NCBI RefSeq assembly: GCF_036321535.1
Contig: NC_087436.1
Span: 47,494,001-47,558,000 of the forward strand
Reading direction: 5' to 3'
Source of the DNA: Camelus dromedarius
Taxonomy: Eukaryota
Length of the DNA: 64,000 nucleotides
In this document: positions 12,945-25,622 of the stretch, piece by piece
Position numbering within the stretch: position 1 is the first letter of the stretch
Layout of the letters: every line of letters begins with the position of its first letter
The notes under the pieces: model-generated
Told to the model about the DNA's origin: nothing
The model's database searches: none
Seen by the model: the letters and a program-made list of their open reading frames with translations, nothing else
Position numbers and translations under genes: made by a program

Positions 12945-13784
12945 CCAAGCAGTGGGCTGGACAACACGCCTCACTCTTTTACTTACTATAATCCTATCCT
13001 GAATATTGCCTTTTCCATGATACAGAGGGTGCTGATGCACTTAGTTTTACAGAAACAAAATAAAATAATGGATTTTGTAATGAGATGGAAAGAGACTGTG
13101 GAATCTTTTGTACTGTAACAGTTTCACCACATATCTCATGGAGAAGTACTAAAGAGTTGTTTAACTTAAAAATGTATTTTGCATTTTTAAACAAAAAGGC
13201 AAGTGTTCCAAATTTGCTATCCTCTTCTGTGATGACAAGTGGCTGTCAGTAGTATGCTACCCAGCAGATATTTTTTGGAAAATATAAACACAATCTATCC
13301 CATAAGTTTAAAGTGATGTTTTAATAGTAAAAGAGAAAGTAATTGCTTTTCAAAAGAAACTCCTGCTGTGAACAAAGCATTTTGAAGTTGGATGTTTTGA
13401 AGTATTTCCATTGTTATTTTATCATCAAAAACAACATAAATGTGTCATGTACAAATTTTGTCATATCTAAACTGTTAGAAAATTGGAAACTAAATTTTCT
13501 GTTCAAAAACATCCTTCAAATAGAGAGCTTTAGTGAATTCTGAAATTATTTGTTAATAATACAAATGTAATACTTTCCGATTCACTTATGAGGAAACAGA
13601 CTTAGCAGAAAAAAGAAAATTTACTAGTGGTATTTTAACATAAAAATATTGAGAAACGGTAGAAGAAATAGAAAAGTAAACTCCGGTATTGACAACCAGG
13701 GATAGTTTTTCCATGTGGCTCTAGGTATCTGCGCAAGGGACTTTTTGCTGTTGACAGCCGTTAAAACTCAGTGACATCACAAAA
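12945..13784 (+). mobile_element. Charlie1-like hAT DNA transposon remnant (decayed transposase)
   Basis: ttttgtaatgagatgg...aatcttttgtac...aagtactaaagagttgtttaacttaaa and gatgacaagtggctgtcagtagtatgctac resemble Charlie1 transposase sequence; frames are broken. Confidence 0.6.
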
Positions 13785-14341
13785 TGTTGAATTAAGGTTT
13801 TAAAACCCACCCTCCTGAGACGGTCCCCAACAAGGATCCTCCTACTTGGTGTCATTTGAGCCAATAGAATGAGACTGAGTTTGGTTCAGGAGCAAAGGAA
13901 GCCTTTATTCTTTGATCAGAGAATTGGAGAAGCGTGAGCTTTTGCGCTTTACAGTAGGCTGGCCAGGCTGTGAGCGGGGCGGCTTTATCGGTCCTCCGTG
14001 AGTGGGGGAGTTCTCGCGATGAGGAGCGGCTGTGTCGCTCACGCGGGAGTGCCAGGCGCAGCGTCTCTGCACACAGCCCCGCCATCTTGAATCGCAGTGG
14101 TGTGCTGCAGTGCTTCTGTGGCCGCAAAGCTGAGGCGTTTGGTGCAGCCGTTTCTCGGGAATAACTCCCTTCTGAAGTGCTCATTGCACAGCCTTTGTAC
14201 TCAGCATCCAAGAGCAAGTGAAACCAGACTAAGCCAAAGGAAAAAAAGGTTAGACTTTATTTTATTACCCAGCTTCTTTTTTTCCCTCAGGATTTGTTCG
14301 TGGACTTTGCCAGTGACGGTATAATCACTTTGTGCTCATCA
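13785..14341 (-). mobile_element. CpG-rich solo ERV LTR (probably ERV1, lineage-specific); ends tentative
   Basis: Minus strand TGATGA...TCAACA termini; in LTR order: YY1-like CAAGATGGCGG (14079-14089), TATA-like GATAAA (13984-13989), AATAAA (13904-13909). Abrupt CpG enrichment. Flanks aaaa/aaat give only an imperfect TSD. Confidence 0.7.
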
Positions 14342-14534
14342 AAATCATGAATGTTAGTGTTAAAGTTTTAGTATAAGCACAAGGTTCTGAGGAAAATTAA
14401 TTAAAAAAATTTAAATTTATTTAAAAATATAGATTGTATTATCTGTCTTTTTAAAATATGATTTTCCATTTTTACCTTCCATAAGTAACAAAGAATAGTA
14501 GTGCAGTAGACAGACATATAAAAGGAAATATCAC

Positions 14535-14775
14535 ATAAGTTAAGTTGGCTACTATCATAAAAACAGAAAATGTAAAGTGTTGGTGAGGATGTAGAGAAAT
14601 TGCGGCCCCGGTGCACTCTTGGCTGGAATGCAGCGTGCTGCAACAGCTGTGGAAAGTGGTGTGGTGGTTCCTCAGAAAGTTAAACATAGAATTACCATAT
14701 AATCCAGCACTCAGTTTCTAGGTGCACCCTGAAAAGAACTGAAAACAAGGACTCAGATACTTGTGCACCAGTGTT
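14535..14775 (+). mobile_element. L1 (L1MA/L1MB-like) ORF2-end fragment
   Basis: aagtgttggtgaggatgtagagaaattg...gttcctcagaaagttaaacatagaattaccatataatccagca. Confidence 0.8.
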
Positions 14776-14921
14776 GGGAATTCCTGCCAGAACAGAAAAC
14801 ATGACTTTGCGCTTAATAACTTGTCCGTTTGTATAATTTGCTAAAGATTCGAAAATAATTTTTTTCTACCTTTTGTTTCCCAGTCTTAAAAGGTAGAATA
14901 ATGTGAATTTTCTTACTACAT

Positions 14922-15293
14922 AATCAAGATAAGCAATGCTAACTGCTATAAAAATAATCTCCAAATCTTGTTGGCTTAATACAAAAACAGTTCATTTCCT
15001 GCACTTATCACAGTCTGTAGGTAGATGTAGATCACTCCATTTTTTGATTTCATTACTTGTAATCTGTGGATTCCTTGATCACTGTGGAAGAGCAGAGAGA
15101 GTGGGGATGACCGTGCAAGGGTGTTAGGGCCAGACCTTGAACGTGGCCTTTTTCTCGTGCTATCTTCATTCCCCTGACCAGGACTGGTTACATGATTCCA
15201 AACTAACTGCATGGAATGCCAGGAAATGTAGTTTCCCTGGATTCTCAGGAAGAGTTAATGGGATTATTGAGCATTTAGCTAGTTTCTGTCACA
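14922..15293. mobile_element. MaLR LTR (MLT1J-like)
   Basis: ctaactgctataaaaataatctccaaatcttgttggcttaatacaaaaacagttcatttc...aactgcatggaatgccaggaaatgtagttt. Confidence 0.65.
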
Positions 15294-15914
15294 ATGTTAA
15301 AAATTTTTTCTTGATTTTTTTTTTCGAAAAGATTTAAGCTATGTTACAGAATTCAAATGAGAAAACATGGTAAAATAATAATTGAATGAGGAAGTTAGGA
15401 CAATGAGAAAAAGAAAGTGACAGATTATTTTGTACTAAGCATTTATGTTTTATGAGCTTGAAACCCTTTTCTTATTTATCATACCACTGTAGTTGCTATT
15501 TCTTTCTTCTTTGTGCCAGCTCAGAATTCATACTCTAAAACAATTTTCCTATGTCAGAGTCAAACAAGACATCAAGATGAAAATTCTGTTTAATTAGCCT
15601 TACCTACATAACTTAGTTTTGCTCTTGATATAAGCCTAAAAAGTAGGAAAGAGTCTGATACTGCCTTCCTCATTTTATATAAAACAAAGGCATAGAAACC
15701 TCAGCTTAGACTGTCATGCAAGCAATTGTCATAATGCTTAAGTTTCTAAGACAGATGGAGGATGGGTCTGGGAGGGATCCACCTGGCAAAGCTTTGTTGA
15801 GGGATCCTGAGTTTAAGCTTGTAAACTGAGGGTCCTTGATTGTGTGTCATGGTTGAGTGTGGTTAGAAAGCTTACATCAGAACAACTCTGAGCCAAATGC
15901 TCTATTTCTCTGAT

Positions 15915-16085
15915 GAGAGCCGAGGCCATTGTATCCTTGGGAAAGTCATTTGACTTCTCTGAGCCTCTAGGTGACTTCTCTTGCCTATAAAACAAGGGTC
16001 TCACAGGGATTTGGGATTTGGTAAGATAAAAGATTTGAAAGCAGTTAACTCAGAGTTCCTGGCACTTAGGGATTCATAAATGTTC
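15915..16085 (+). mobile_element. MIR SINE
   Basis: ccttgggaaagtcatttgacttctctgagcctc...ctataaaacaaggg...cctggcacttag. Confidence 0.6.
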
Positions 16086-16426
16086 CTTCTGGGTTTTACT
16101 GTACTCGTTCCATATTGTCTAGTCAGAGCTTGCATCCCCATCTGATGTGGCACTGGGGCAGGCAAGGAGGAGATAGATTATGGCTGCAGAGGGAACAGAC
16201 ATCAGTTTAAGCACTGCAGCCTGGTCCTCCAACTCTGCCGCAGCACATGGAAGTCAGCTTGTTCTGTAACGTGTGAGAGTCCAGATATTTATATTTATAA
16301 CTTAAGCATTACCAAGTTTTGAGTGAATTTTCCAGTATTGTGGAGTTGAGAGGGGGAGGAATGGCGGGATGGGGGGGGCGGGTAACATAAATAGGCTTAT
16401 AGTCATAATCCAATGAGTATGTTTTG

Positions 16427-16476
16427 GAATATGGAGCTAGGATGAGGGAATATGGAGCTAGGATGAGAGAATATGG
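16427..16476. repeat. 21-bp tandem repeat, ~2.4 copies
   Basis: gaatatggagctaggatgagg / gaatatggagctaggatgaga / gaatatgg. Confidence 0.9.
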
Positions 16477-17359
16477 CCAAACGTGTGTGAATGATGACCT
16501 GGCGCAGTGTGATGGGCTGGGAGCTTCCTGGCACGCACGGCATGGAGCATGTCAGGGCCCTGAGGGTCTCTTTTGTTCTCTCCTTCAAGTATCTCAGATC
16601 CACTTGCCAGGGAAGATCTGAGCAAGATAGGTTGGTCTCATGCCTGGAGCTGTCTCATTAGCTTTGTATTACTATATTTCCATTTTCACCCATCTGGGTC
16701 CAGGACTCTGTTCAGGGAAGAAATAATTGCAAGTCTTGAGCCTCCCTTTTATACAATATACAGGGGCAATAGGGATTTATCCACTGGCCTTGAGTTCTTT
16801 GTAAGACTTCTGCTTTTCTGGGTGTGGGAAGGAAAGGTTATCTGCCATCCTTGAAAACTTCACAGTGGACAACGAGTGGTGCTAATTCTACTGTCTTTGT
16901 TCTTTGTTGTGGATTTTATTGAAGCTTGAGGAGAAAAAAAAGCTTGTCCTAAACACTTCTTTCTACTTAATTAACCTCTGTTTTTCCCAGCCATTTTTGA
17001 TACTTAGTTCTAGTTCATTGCTCTCTTGAAATCATATTCATGTAGGTGGGGGTTAAAAGCAGGCTTCATAGATTTTTATGAATTAAATGGGAGAAAGACC
17101 CTGCATATGTATGTATGTGTGCTTTTTGGGGGTGGGTGTGGTGGTGGTGGTGCTTTTAGCAGATCCTTGCAGGCATCTGTATCTCCACCCACCCCAAACT
17201 TTGAGAATCACTGGTTAACATGATATCTGCCTGGTAATCTGGATCTCACTATTGGACATTGCTACTATATTTTTTAGGGAGAATTAGTTACTGTTATTCT
17301 TATTTATAGATAATCATACTTTTGTAACCCTACCTATATGTATGGTATAATTTAATACA

Positions 17360-17530
17360 TTTCAGAATTTTGAATTAAGAAGAATGGGTTCAAATTCTGG
17401 CTCTCCTTCTTTATGTGGCTTAGGTCAAGTTATTCAAGCTCCATGTGCCTCTATTTCTGCAGTTGACCAAGGAATGATAATCCTTTACAAGGTTCCTAGG
17501 AGGCTCTGAAAAATTAAGATGTTTCAAACT
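17360..17530 (+). mobile_element. MIR SINE
   Basis: tgggttcaaattctggctct...tgtggcttaggtcaagttattcaagctccatgtgcctc. Confidence 0.55.
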
Positions 17531-20268
17531 CCAACATATTGCACAGAGAAATATAAGTAAGTCAAGTCATGATTGTATAAAAGTTTCCCCCAAACTGGAA
17601 AGAAGTTTATTTAAAAAACTTTTAAATTAATAAGTGCTAATTAGAGGAAGATAGAGAAATCAGATAAAACATGAAGAAAAAGTCAGCTATAATCCCACTA
17701 CTCAAACTAACTTTTAACATTTTATTGTGTCTTTTAAGTCTTGTTTCCATAGATAGAACTTTTTAAAAACACAGTCATAATTATACCACATGTATTATTA
17801 GATCAAATCGTTTATAAGCATAATTTAAGCCATTTTCTTTATTTCTGGATTTTAGTAGTAATTTTCCAAAGTAGTGATAATTTTTCAGTGAATATCATCA
17901 GGAATAAGACATTTTAAAGAGATTATCTCTATAAATTAGATTTCCAAATGTGAAATTCAAGCACCAGAAGTACTAGCCTTTTCTTAAAGGCTCTTAAAAT
18001 ATAATTGGATTCACAAATTATGTTTTTTCCAACGAAACACATTTATAGAAGAGTACACACACTCACAAGCACAGTTCATTTCTCATCTATTCATTGCAAA
18101 GCAAACACCAGTTTTCTTTTACTGCCATTGGCCCAGAAATATCCTCCATGCCCTGTCTCAGTCATTATTTCCTACTTTCTCCACAAAGGAAACCACAGTC
18201 TTTTTTGGGAAGTCATTTCCTTACTTTCATTTATAGTTTTATCATTGAAGCATTTATCCCTAAATATCAGAGGTTGGTTTTGCCTGCTTTTAAAACTTGG
18301 TATGTGTGTCATCATACACTATGTATTCTTTTGTCTGGGTTCTAATATTTGGTTTTATGTTTGTGAGATTCACTCTTATTACATGTAGCTAGTAAACTGT
18401 TCATTTTCTTTGCCATAATGTCTCCCTATCTGTGTAACAGTTATGAATTGTGGTCTACCCTCATTACATTACAATACCTGAAGGGATTTTATATTTTTAT
18501 ATTTCTTTATAAAGAAAGGAAAGAAACAAACACTGGAGTATCTAGTTTAGACACCACAAATCTGAATGTTTGTGGAAGAAGAAGTTGAGTGTGCTACATG
18601 TGTGCGCTCCAGTTTTTATATGTGGAATTTTCAATAAGGGAAATAACTTATATGGAAAAAAAAATTTATGTTCTAAATCTTTGCTCCTTGGCTTACAACA
18701 CAAGATCATACTGATATATGGGGGTTGTGTGTGTATGTGTTTGCTTTTATAACTACGAAAACCTCTTTTTTCCCAAGGAAAGAAAAAATATATTTCTTTC
18801 AGAGAGTAGATTGTCAGCCCCTTTTTAAAGTGTGATGAATGTTTCTATATTTAGATACCTTAATGTATTGACAGGACAGGTAGGAATTTACTTTGCGTTG
18901 TTACAAATTTAGACCAACAATTGTAATCTCTCCTCCTCATGAACAGATTATAGATGATAAAATTTTTGATAAAATCTGTTGCATTGTATATATTGATTTA
19001 AAAAGAAACACACAACTCTCACATTTATAAAGTACAGAGATTCTGAAGCAGATGCCTTCCTTATCCTCTACATGTCTTAAGCAGATTCATCTTTATGTAC
19101 TGATTCATTTAAAAATAAACCTTTCTCTAGCTCACACTTTTGCAAATGGAGACATGACGGATTGTAAGCAATAGCAGCACTTCCACCATCATTCTCTCTT
19201 TATCTGTGAAGGATGATCATTTTCACATCTTTGACAGCATCAAGGTCTAAATTAGAAGTGTCATCAAACAAGGTCCCAGCAACTTTGATTACATTTCTGT
19301 GCTCAGAGTTCACAAAAGTGAACTTATTTATCCTCAAAGTGGTGACTGTACAAAGAAGGTTTCACAGACTCTGCATCAGGCACTTTGCTCACTTCTGAAA
19401 AGCTGTCCTGGTTTCTGTGTCCACTTTTGACTCCTGGAAAAGGGGAATCAGTACTTTAAGTTTATTACCTGTATTTAAACAATCAGGACAGTCCCAGTAC
19501 CTAGAGATCACTAAGTAAATATTCAGAAGTTGTTACTCTAGGTTGCTGAATCCTGGCAGCCAGCATCTGTGCTGACGACATTTGCTGCAGCCTCCATAAC
19601 CTTCCACAAGAGTTTGGCAACATCACAAAGGCCTTCCTGCCACCACAGTGTTCGCTGACACGAAGAGAAAAACCAATCAGTCTTCTGACTTTGTTAATTC
19701 TTTGATGCTCATGATTCCAATGGAATCAAGTCCCAAGATGAGGTAGCAATTAAAGTGTCCTGATTTCCAGAGAATAAGAAAGGAAATGATGGATATTTTG
19801 TGTTCTTCTGAGACAGGGTGATCAGTGCATCTTCGCTGCCACCTGAGTTATTGAAATACAATTACACATAACCTTCTTAATATCAGAAATTCTTTTGTGA
19901 AACTCAGATGTTCTGTGCAACAAAAAGCTGACTTTCGGCTTGTTCCCTATTTAAAATAGAAAAAGTAAGTATGCTACACCATTCCCTCCCCACCAATTTC
20001 CTTTAATGGAGCCAATACAGTAATTATGTATATTACTTACATACGTAAGTAATAATTGTAATATGCTTGCAATATTGCTTCTTAATCCCCAAACAGTAAA
20101 AATAGTGGTTATAAATAGTTGTTTTGCATGCAGTAACACATTGCACTTCCCCTCTGTTAGCACTCTTCAGCTTTTAAAAAAGTCTGCATAGAGTCTGACA
20201 TTTCAGCAATTGCATTTGGAATCACAGAATTTTCCTATACGTCATTTGGTTTAATATGTGGTAATGAG

Positions 20269-20825
20269 TGTGATGGTTAATTTTGTCTGTCAACTTGACT
20301 GGGTTAAGGGATGCCCAAATGGCTGGTAAAACATATGATTTTTGGGTGTGTCTGTGAGCATGTTTCTGGAAGACGGTAGAATTTTGAATTGTTAACCCTA
20401 GTAAAGATGATCACTTCAGCAATGCAAGAGGTCATCATCTAATCTCTTGAGGCCCTGAATAGAACAAAACAGCAGAGGAAAGGTATATTTGCTCTGTTTG
20501 AGCTGAAACATCCATATTCTTGTGCCCTCTGACATCAGCTATACTGGTTCTCTGGCCTTTGGACTTGGACCAGAGCTTATGTCATCAGCTCCCTGATTCT
20601 CAAGACTTTGGACCTGGACTTACACCATCGTCTTCCCTGGTTATCAGGCCTTCATTCTCAGACTGAACACCACCAGCTTTCCTGGGTCTCCAGGGTGCAG
20701 ACAGCAGATCATGAGAGTTCTTGTTTCCCATAATCACATGAGCTAATTCCTGTAATAAATCTCCTCTTATATATATCTGTATATATCCTTTTAATTCTGT
20801 TTCTCTGGAGAATCCTATTAATACA
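20269..20825 (+). mobile_element. Solo ERVL LTR (MLT2B-like)
   Basis: TGtgatggttaattttg...tcaacttgactgggttaaggg start, tttctctggagaatcctattaataCA end, perfect 5-bp TSD ATGAG at 20264-20268 and 20826-20830. Confidence 0.9.
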
Positions 20826-21370
20826 ATGAGTCTTAGGGATTTAATTATAAATCCTTTCAATGTAAACATCAGCCAAAATAAGTTGTGCTGAAAGATACCT
20901 ATGTTCCATGAAGGTTGGGTATTGAAAACCAAAAAATGTCCTGCCATAAAACATTAGCTAAGGAGATATTCTGTGGGGTGTGACTGTACAAGACTGCATT
21001 AAGTGCACAGTCATTAATGGATTTAATTCTGATACCTGGGTGTTCACAATCATTGAGTGGTCTATTGGGACAGCCCCTCCATACTGCAGAGAGGCAGGTT
21101 CCGTTTTGTCATGAAGGTAGTTCCTTTTCTATTCCTGTTCTCTCTAATCTCCTGAGTCCTCTGGCCTATCCACAAAATAGGAGTAGTGCATCTTGAGATT
21201 TTGTTACTTTTACCTACATATAAGTAAATGGTGAGAGTTGAGCACATAACTATAAGGAGGAAGGATGGGACCAGGAATTGGCATTGATAATGTTTCTCAC
21301 AGGTTTTCAGAAACAAACCTCTATTTGACTGATATTAGCAGAACACACATCAACATTTCCTAGTGTACAG

Positions 21371-22420
21371 CATTTCTGGTGTACAGCACCATGTCCCAGT
21401 CATGCATATACATACATATACTTGTTTTCACATTCTTTCTCATTAGAGGTTATTACAAGATATTGAATATAGTTCCCTGTGCTATACAGAAGAAACTTGT
21501 TTGTTTTTAACTCTATTTTTATATATGATGGCTAACATTTGCAAGTCTCAAACTCCCAGACTTATCCCTTCCCACCCACTTTTCCTGGTAACCATAGTAT
21601 TGTTTACTGTGCCTGTGAGCCTGTTTTGTAGATGAGTTCATAGTGTCCTTTTTTCCTCTTTTTTTAGATTCCACGTATAAGTGATATCATATGGTATTTT
21701 TCTTTCTCTTTTTGGCTTACTTCACTTAGAACAACAATCTCTAAGTCCATCCAAGTTGCTACAAATGGCATGCTTTTGTTATTTTTATGGCTGAATAGTA
21801 TTCCATTGTACAAATATACCACAACTTCTTTATCCAGTCATCAGTTGTTGTGACATTTAGGTTGTTTCCATGTCTTGGCTATTGTATATATTGCTTCTGT
21901 GAACATTGAGGTGCATATATCTTTTTGCATTAGAGTTCCCTCCAGATATATGCCCAGGAGTGGGATTGCTGGATCATATGGTAAGTCTATTTTTAGTTTT
22001 TTGAGGAATCTTAGTACTGTTTTCCATAATGGCTGCACCAAACCCATTCTTACCAGCAGTGTAGGAGAGTTCCCTTTTCTCCACACCCTTTCCAGCATTT
22101 ACCATTTGTGGACTTTTTAATGATGGCCATTCTGACTGGTATAAGGTGATACTTCATTGTAGTTTTATTTTGCACTTCTCTGATAATTAGTAGTATTGAG
22201 CATTTTTTCATGTGCCTATTGGCCATTTGTATGTCTTCATTGGAGAAATGCTTGTTTAGGTCTTCTGCCCATTTTTGGATTGGGTTGTTTTTTTTTTGTT
22301 ATTACATTATATGAGCTGTTTATATATTCTGGAAACTAAACCTTTGTCAGTTTCATCATTTGAAAATATTTTCTCCCATTCCGTAGGTGGTTGTTTTGTT
22401 TTGCTTATGGTTTCCTTTAC
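21371..22420 (-). mobile_element. 5'-truncated L1 (ORF2 C-terminus and 3' UTR) lacking a poly(A) tail
   Basis: ORF 21841-22098 ([20 protein letters not shown]...[11 protein letters not shown]) is the L1 ORF2 C-terminus; 3' UTR follows, but no T tract at the left end. Confidence 0.9.
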
Positions 22421-22605
22421 TAAAAAGCACTATTTCTGAAGCCAAACAGATTTGTTTTCAAATCTCAGTTCCCCCACTTACCTATGTGACCTTCAGCAAG
22501 TTACTGAATCTCTAAGATTCATTTTCTTCATCTATTAAATGCTTACTTCAGAGGGTTATGATGATGATTGAATGACACAGTGAAATTCTTAAAAATCTGT
22601 AAAAA
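22421..22605 (+). mobile_element. MIR SINE (5' end interrupted by the adjacent L1)
   Basis: taaaaagcactatttctgaagccaaacag...tgtgaccttcagcaagttactgaatctctaagattcattttcttcatctattaaatg. Confidence 0.7.
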
Positions 22606-22622
22606 CTCATCCCATAATAAAC

Positions 22623-22978
22623 TGTGATGGTTCATTTTATGTGTCAACTTGGAGAGTGTTTTGATGAGATCAACACTGAAATCAGAGAATTTAGAATAAG
22701 CAGATTGTCCTCCATAATGTGAGTGGGACTCATTCAATCAGCCAAAGGCCTGAATAAAACAGAAGACCAGCCTCCCCAAGCAAGAGGGAATATTCCAGAA
22801 GACTGTCTTTGGGCTTCATCTGCATCATCCATTCTGCTGGGCCTCTAGCCTGCTGGCCCAAACTGCAGATTTAGGCTTTCCAGTCTCCATAATTGCATGA
22901 ACCAGTTCTTATAATAAATCTCTTTCTTCATATATTCATCCCATGAGTTCTATTTTCTGGAGAACTCTGACTAATACA
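22623..22978 (+). mobile_element. Solo ERVL LTR (MLT2D-like)
   Basis: TGtgatggttcattttatgtgtcaacttgg...tctggagaactctgactaataCA; TSD taaac/tagac (4 of 5). Confidence 0.88.
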
Positions 22979-23671
22979 TAGACCCATAATAAACTAAGAG
23001 GTCAAACATGGTAGTTATCCAAGGTTATGTTCTACATGTCTGTGCCATTAAGTCACCAACCATTATCAACAAACACTCACTGGTTTGAGAGTACAAGATA
23101 CCATTAAGCAAGAATAAATTCTACAAATTCATAAACCATTAAATTAACACCAAGATGCACTAAAATAGCTTTCCTTCTATTTAATGCAGTTCTTCTTCAG
23201 ATTACAGCAGACAATAATGTTTTCAGTAAGGTTAGAGATCTGAATGACTGGTTTTTAAGAGTAGATACTTTTAATGTAGAAGGATAGCATTTCTTGAAAG
23301 ACTGCTGAACTCATTGGAGCTGAAGAGTGTCATATTATTTTTGTAACTTCATAGGCTGATGACAATGCCTGATGTATAGCATCCATCTCCTAAATCTTTT
23401 AAGAATTAATAAAAGAAGATCTAGAGGAAGTGGAGGTCACCTGGCCAACAATGTGTGATAGAACTTATTTATCTACCTACTGAGTGAAAGCCTGGCTCTT
23501 TAGAGTCAAAAATGTGTTCCCTAGGAATGGGGCTGCTATAGTAAATTGTTGCATATTTAGGAGGAACGGGATGGTGGTGGTGGGCAGGGGGAAATCTGAA
23601 TTGTGAAATCTTAGCATTATAGAATTATATGAGAAATGAATTTTTCTTACATTCAAGAGTAGTTAGGAAGC

Positions 23672-25622
23672 CAATGAAGTACCAGAAAGGAAAGTAAAAA
23701 AAAAAGCAATTTCTTTAAAAATTGCATAAAAATACTTAGGAGTAAATCTGACCAAGGAGGTAAAAGACCTGTGTGCTTAGAACTGTAAAACAATAAAGGA
23801 GACTGAAGATGATTTCAAGAAATGGAAAGATATTCCATGCTCTTGGATTAGAAGAATTAACAATGATGAAGTGACCATTACTACCCAAAGCAATCTATAG
23901 ACTTAATATAATCCCTATCAAATCACCCATGACCCATTTTTCACAGAACTAGAACAAATACTCCTAAAATTGTTAAGGAATCACAAGAGAGCTAGAATTG
24001 CCAAAGCAATCCTGAGGAAAAAGAACAAATCTGGAGGCATAACCCTCCCAGACTTCAGACAATACTACAAGGCTACAGTAATCAAAACAGCATGGTAGTG
24101 GCACAAAAACCAGACATATGGCTCAGTGGAACAGAATGGAGAGCCCAGAAACAGACCTACACACCTACTGTCAATTAATCTTCAACAAAGGAGGCAAGAA
24201 TATACAATGGAGAAAAGACAGTATTCAGCAATGGTGTTGGGGAAGTTGGACAGCTGCCTGTAAATTAATGAAATCAGAACACTCCCTCACACTATACAAA
24301 AAAGTAAACTCAAAATGGCTTATAGACTTAAAAATACGACAGAGCACCATGAAACTCCTAGGAGAGAACACAGGCAAAACTTTCTCCAACATAAATTGTA
24401 GCAGTGTTTTTCTAGGTCAGTCTATCAAGATAATAGAAATAAATACAAAAGTAAACAAATGGGACCTCAAACTTACAAGTTTTTGCACAGCAAAGGAAAC
24501 CATAAACAAGACAAAAAGAAAACCTACAGACTGGGAGAAAATATTTGCAAATGATGGGACTGACAAATGATTGATTTCCAGACTATACAAACAGCTTATA
24601 CAACTCAATAACAAAAAACAAACAATCCAATCCAAAAATGGGCAGAAGACCTAAATACACATTTCTCCAACAAAGATATACAGATGGCCAATAGGCACAT
24701 GAAAATATAACAACAACAACAACAACAACAAGATAATAATCACTAATTATTAGAGAAATGCAAATCAAAACTACAATGGGGTTATCACGTCACACCAGTC
24801 AAAATGACCATCATTAAAAACTCCACAAACAATAAATGCTAGAGAGGGTATTGAGGAAAGGGAACCCTTGTACAGAGTTGGGAATGTTAATTGGAGCATC
24901 CACTATGGAAAACAGTATAGAGGTTCCTTAAGAAACCAAAAACAGAATTACCACATGATCCAGCAATCCCACTCCTGGGCATATATTTGGAAAAGACAAA
25001 AACTCCAATTCAAAAAGATACATGCACCCCAATGTTCAAAGCAGCACTATTCACAATAGCCAAATAAGGAAGCAACCTAAATGTCCGTTGACAGATAGCT
25101 GGATAAAGAAGCTGTGGTATATTTATACAATAGAATACTACTCAGTCATAAAAAAGAACAAAATAATGCCTTTTGCAGCAACCTGGATGAACCTAGAGAT
25201 TATCATACTAAGTGAAGTAATTTGGGGAGAGAAAGACAAATGTTATATGATATCACATATATGTGGAATCTAAAATATGATGCAAATGAACTTAGTTACA
25301 AAACAGAAACAGACTCACAGATGTAGAAAACAAATTTATGCTTACCAAAGGGGAAAGGGGAGGGGGAGGGGTAAATTAAGAGTCTGAGACTAGCAGATAT
25401 GAACTACTATATATAAAATAGATAAACAACAAGGACCTACTGTATAGCACAGGAGCTGCATTCAATATCCTGTAATAACCTATAACAAAAAAGAATATGA
25501 AAAAGAATATACATACATACATAAAACTGGATTACTTTGCTGTACACCTGAAACTAACACAACATTGTAAATCAGCTATATTTCAATAAAAATAGAAGAT
25601 ATATATCTATTTAAAAAAAAAA
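23672..25622 (+). mobile_element. 5'-truncated L1 (cetartiodactyl type): decayed ORF2 3' part, 3' UTR, A tail
   Basis: ORFs 24118-24570 and 25022-25273 are ORF2 fragments (QWNRMESPE..., KQPKCP...[15 protein letters not shown]); A tail ~25613-25622; 7-bp TSD aggaagc at 23665-23671 and 25623-25629; internal (AAC)n near 24708-24730. Confidence 0.93.

Noticed and set aside
13852..14217. 121-aa minus-strand ORF
   Set aside because: Lies inside a GC-rich LTR where stop codons are scarce; no protein-like features.
18005..18388. 127-aa hydrophobic ORF
   Set aside because: T-rich sequence resembling the antisense strand of an old L1 3' region; non-ATG start and no splice context.
22611..22995. 13-bp repeat cccataataaact on both sides of the MLT2D LTR, suggesting an abnormally long TSD
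   Set aside because: A normal 5-bp TSD (taaac/tagac) inside a pre-existing 11-bp tandem repeat explains it.
23672..25622. L1 ORF2 fragments as functional genes (also 36.7-40.4 kb and 61-62.7 kb)
   Set aside because: 5'-truncated and broken by many stops and frameshifts.
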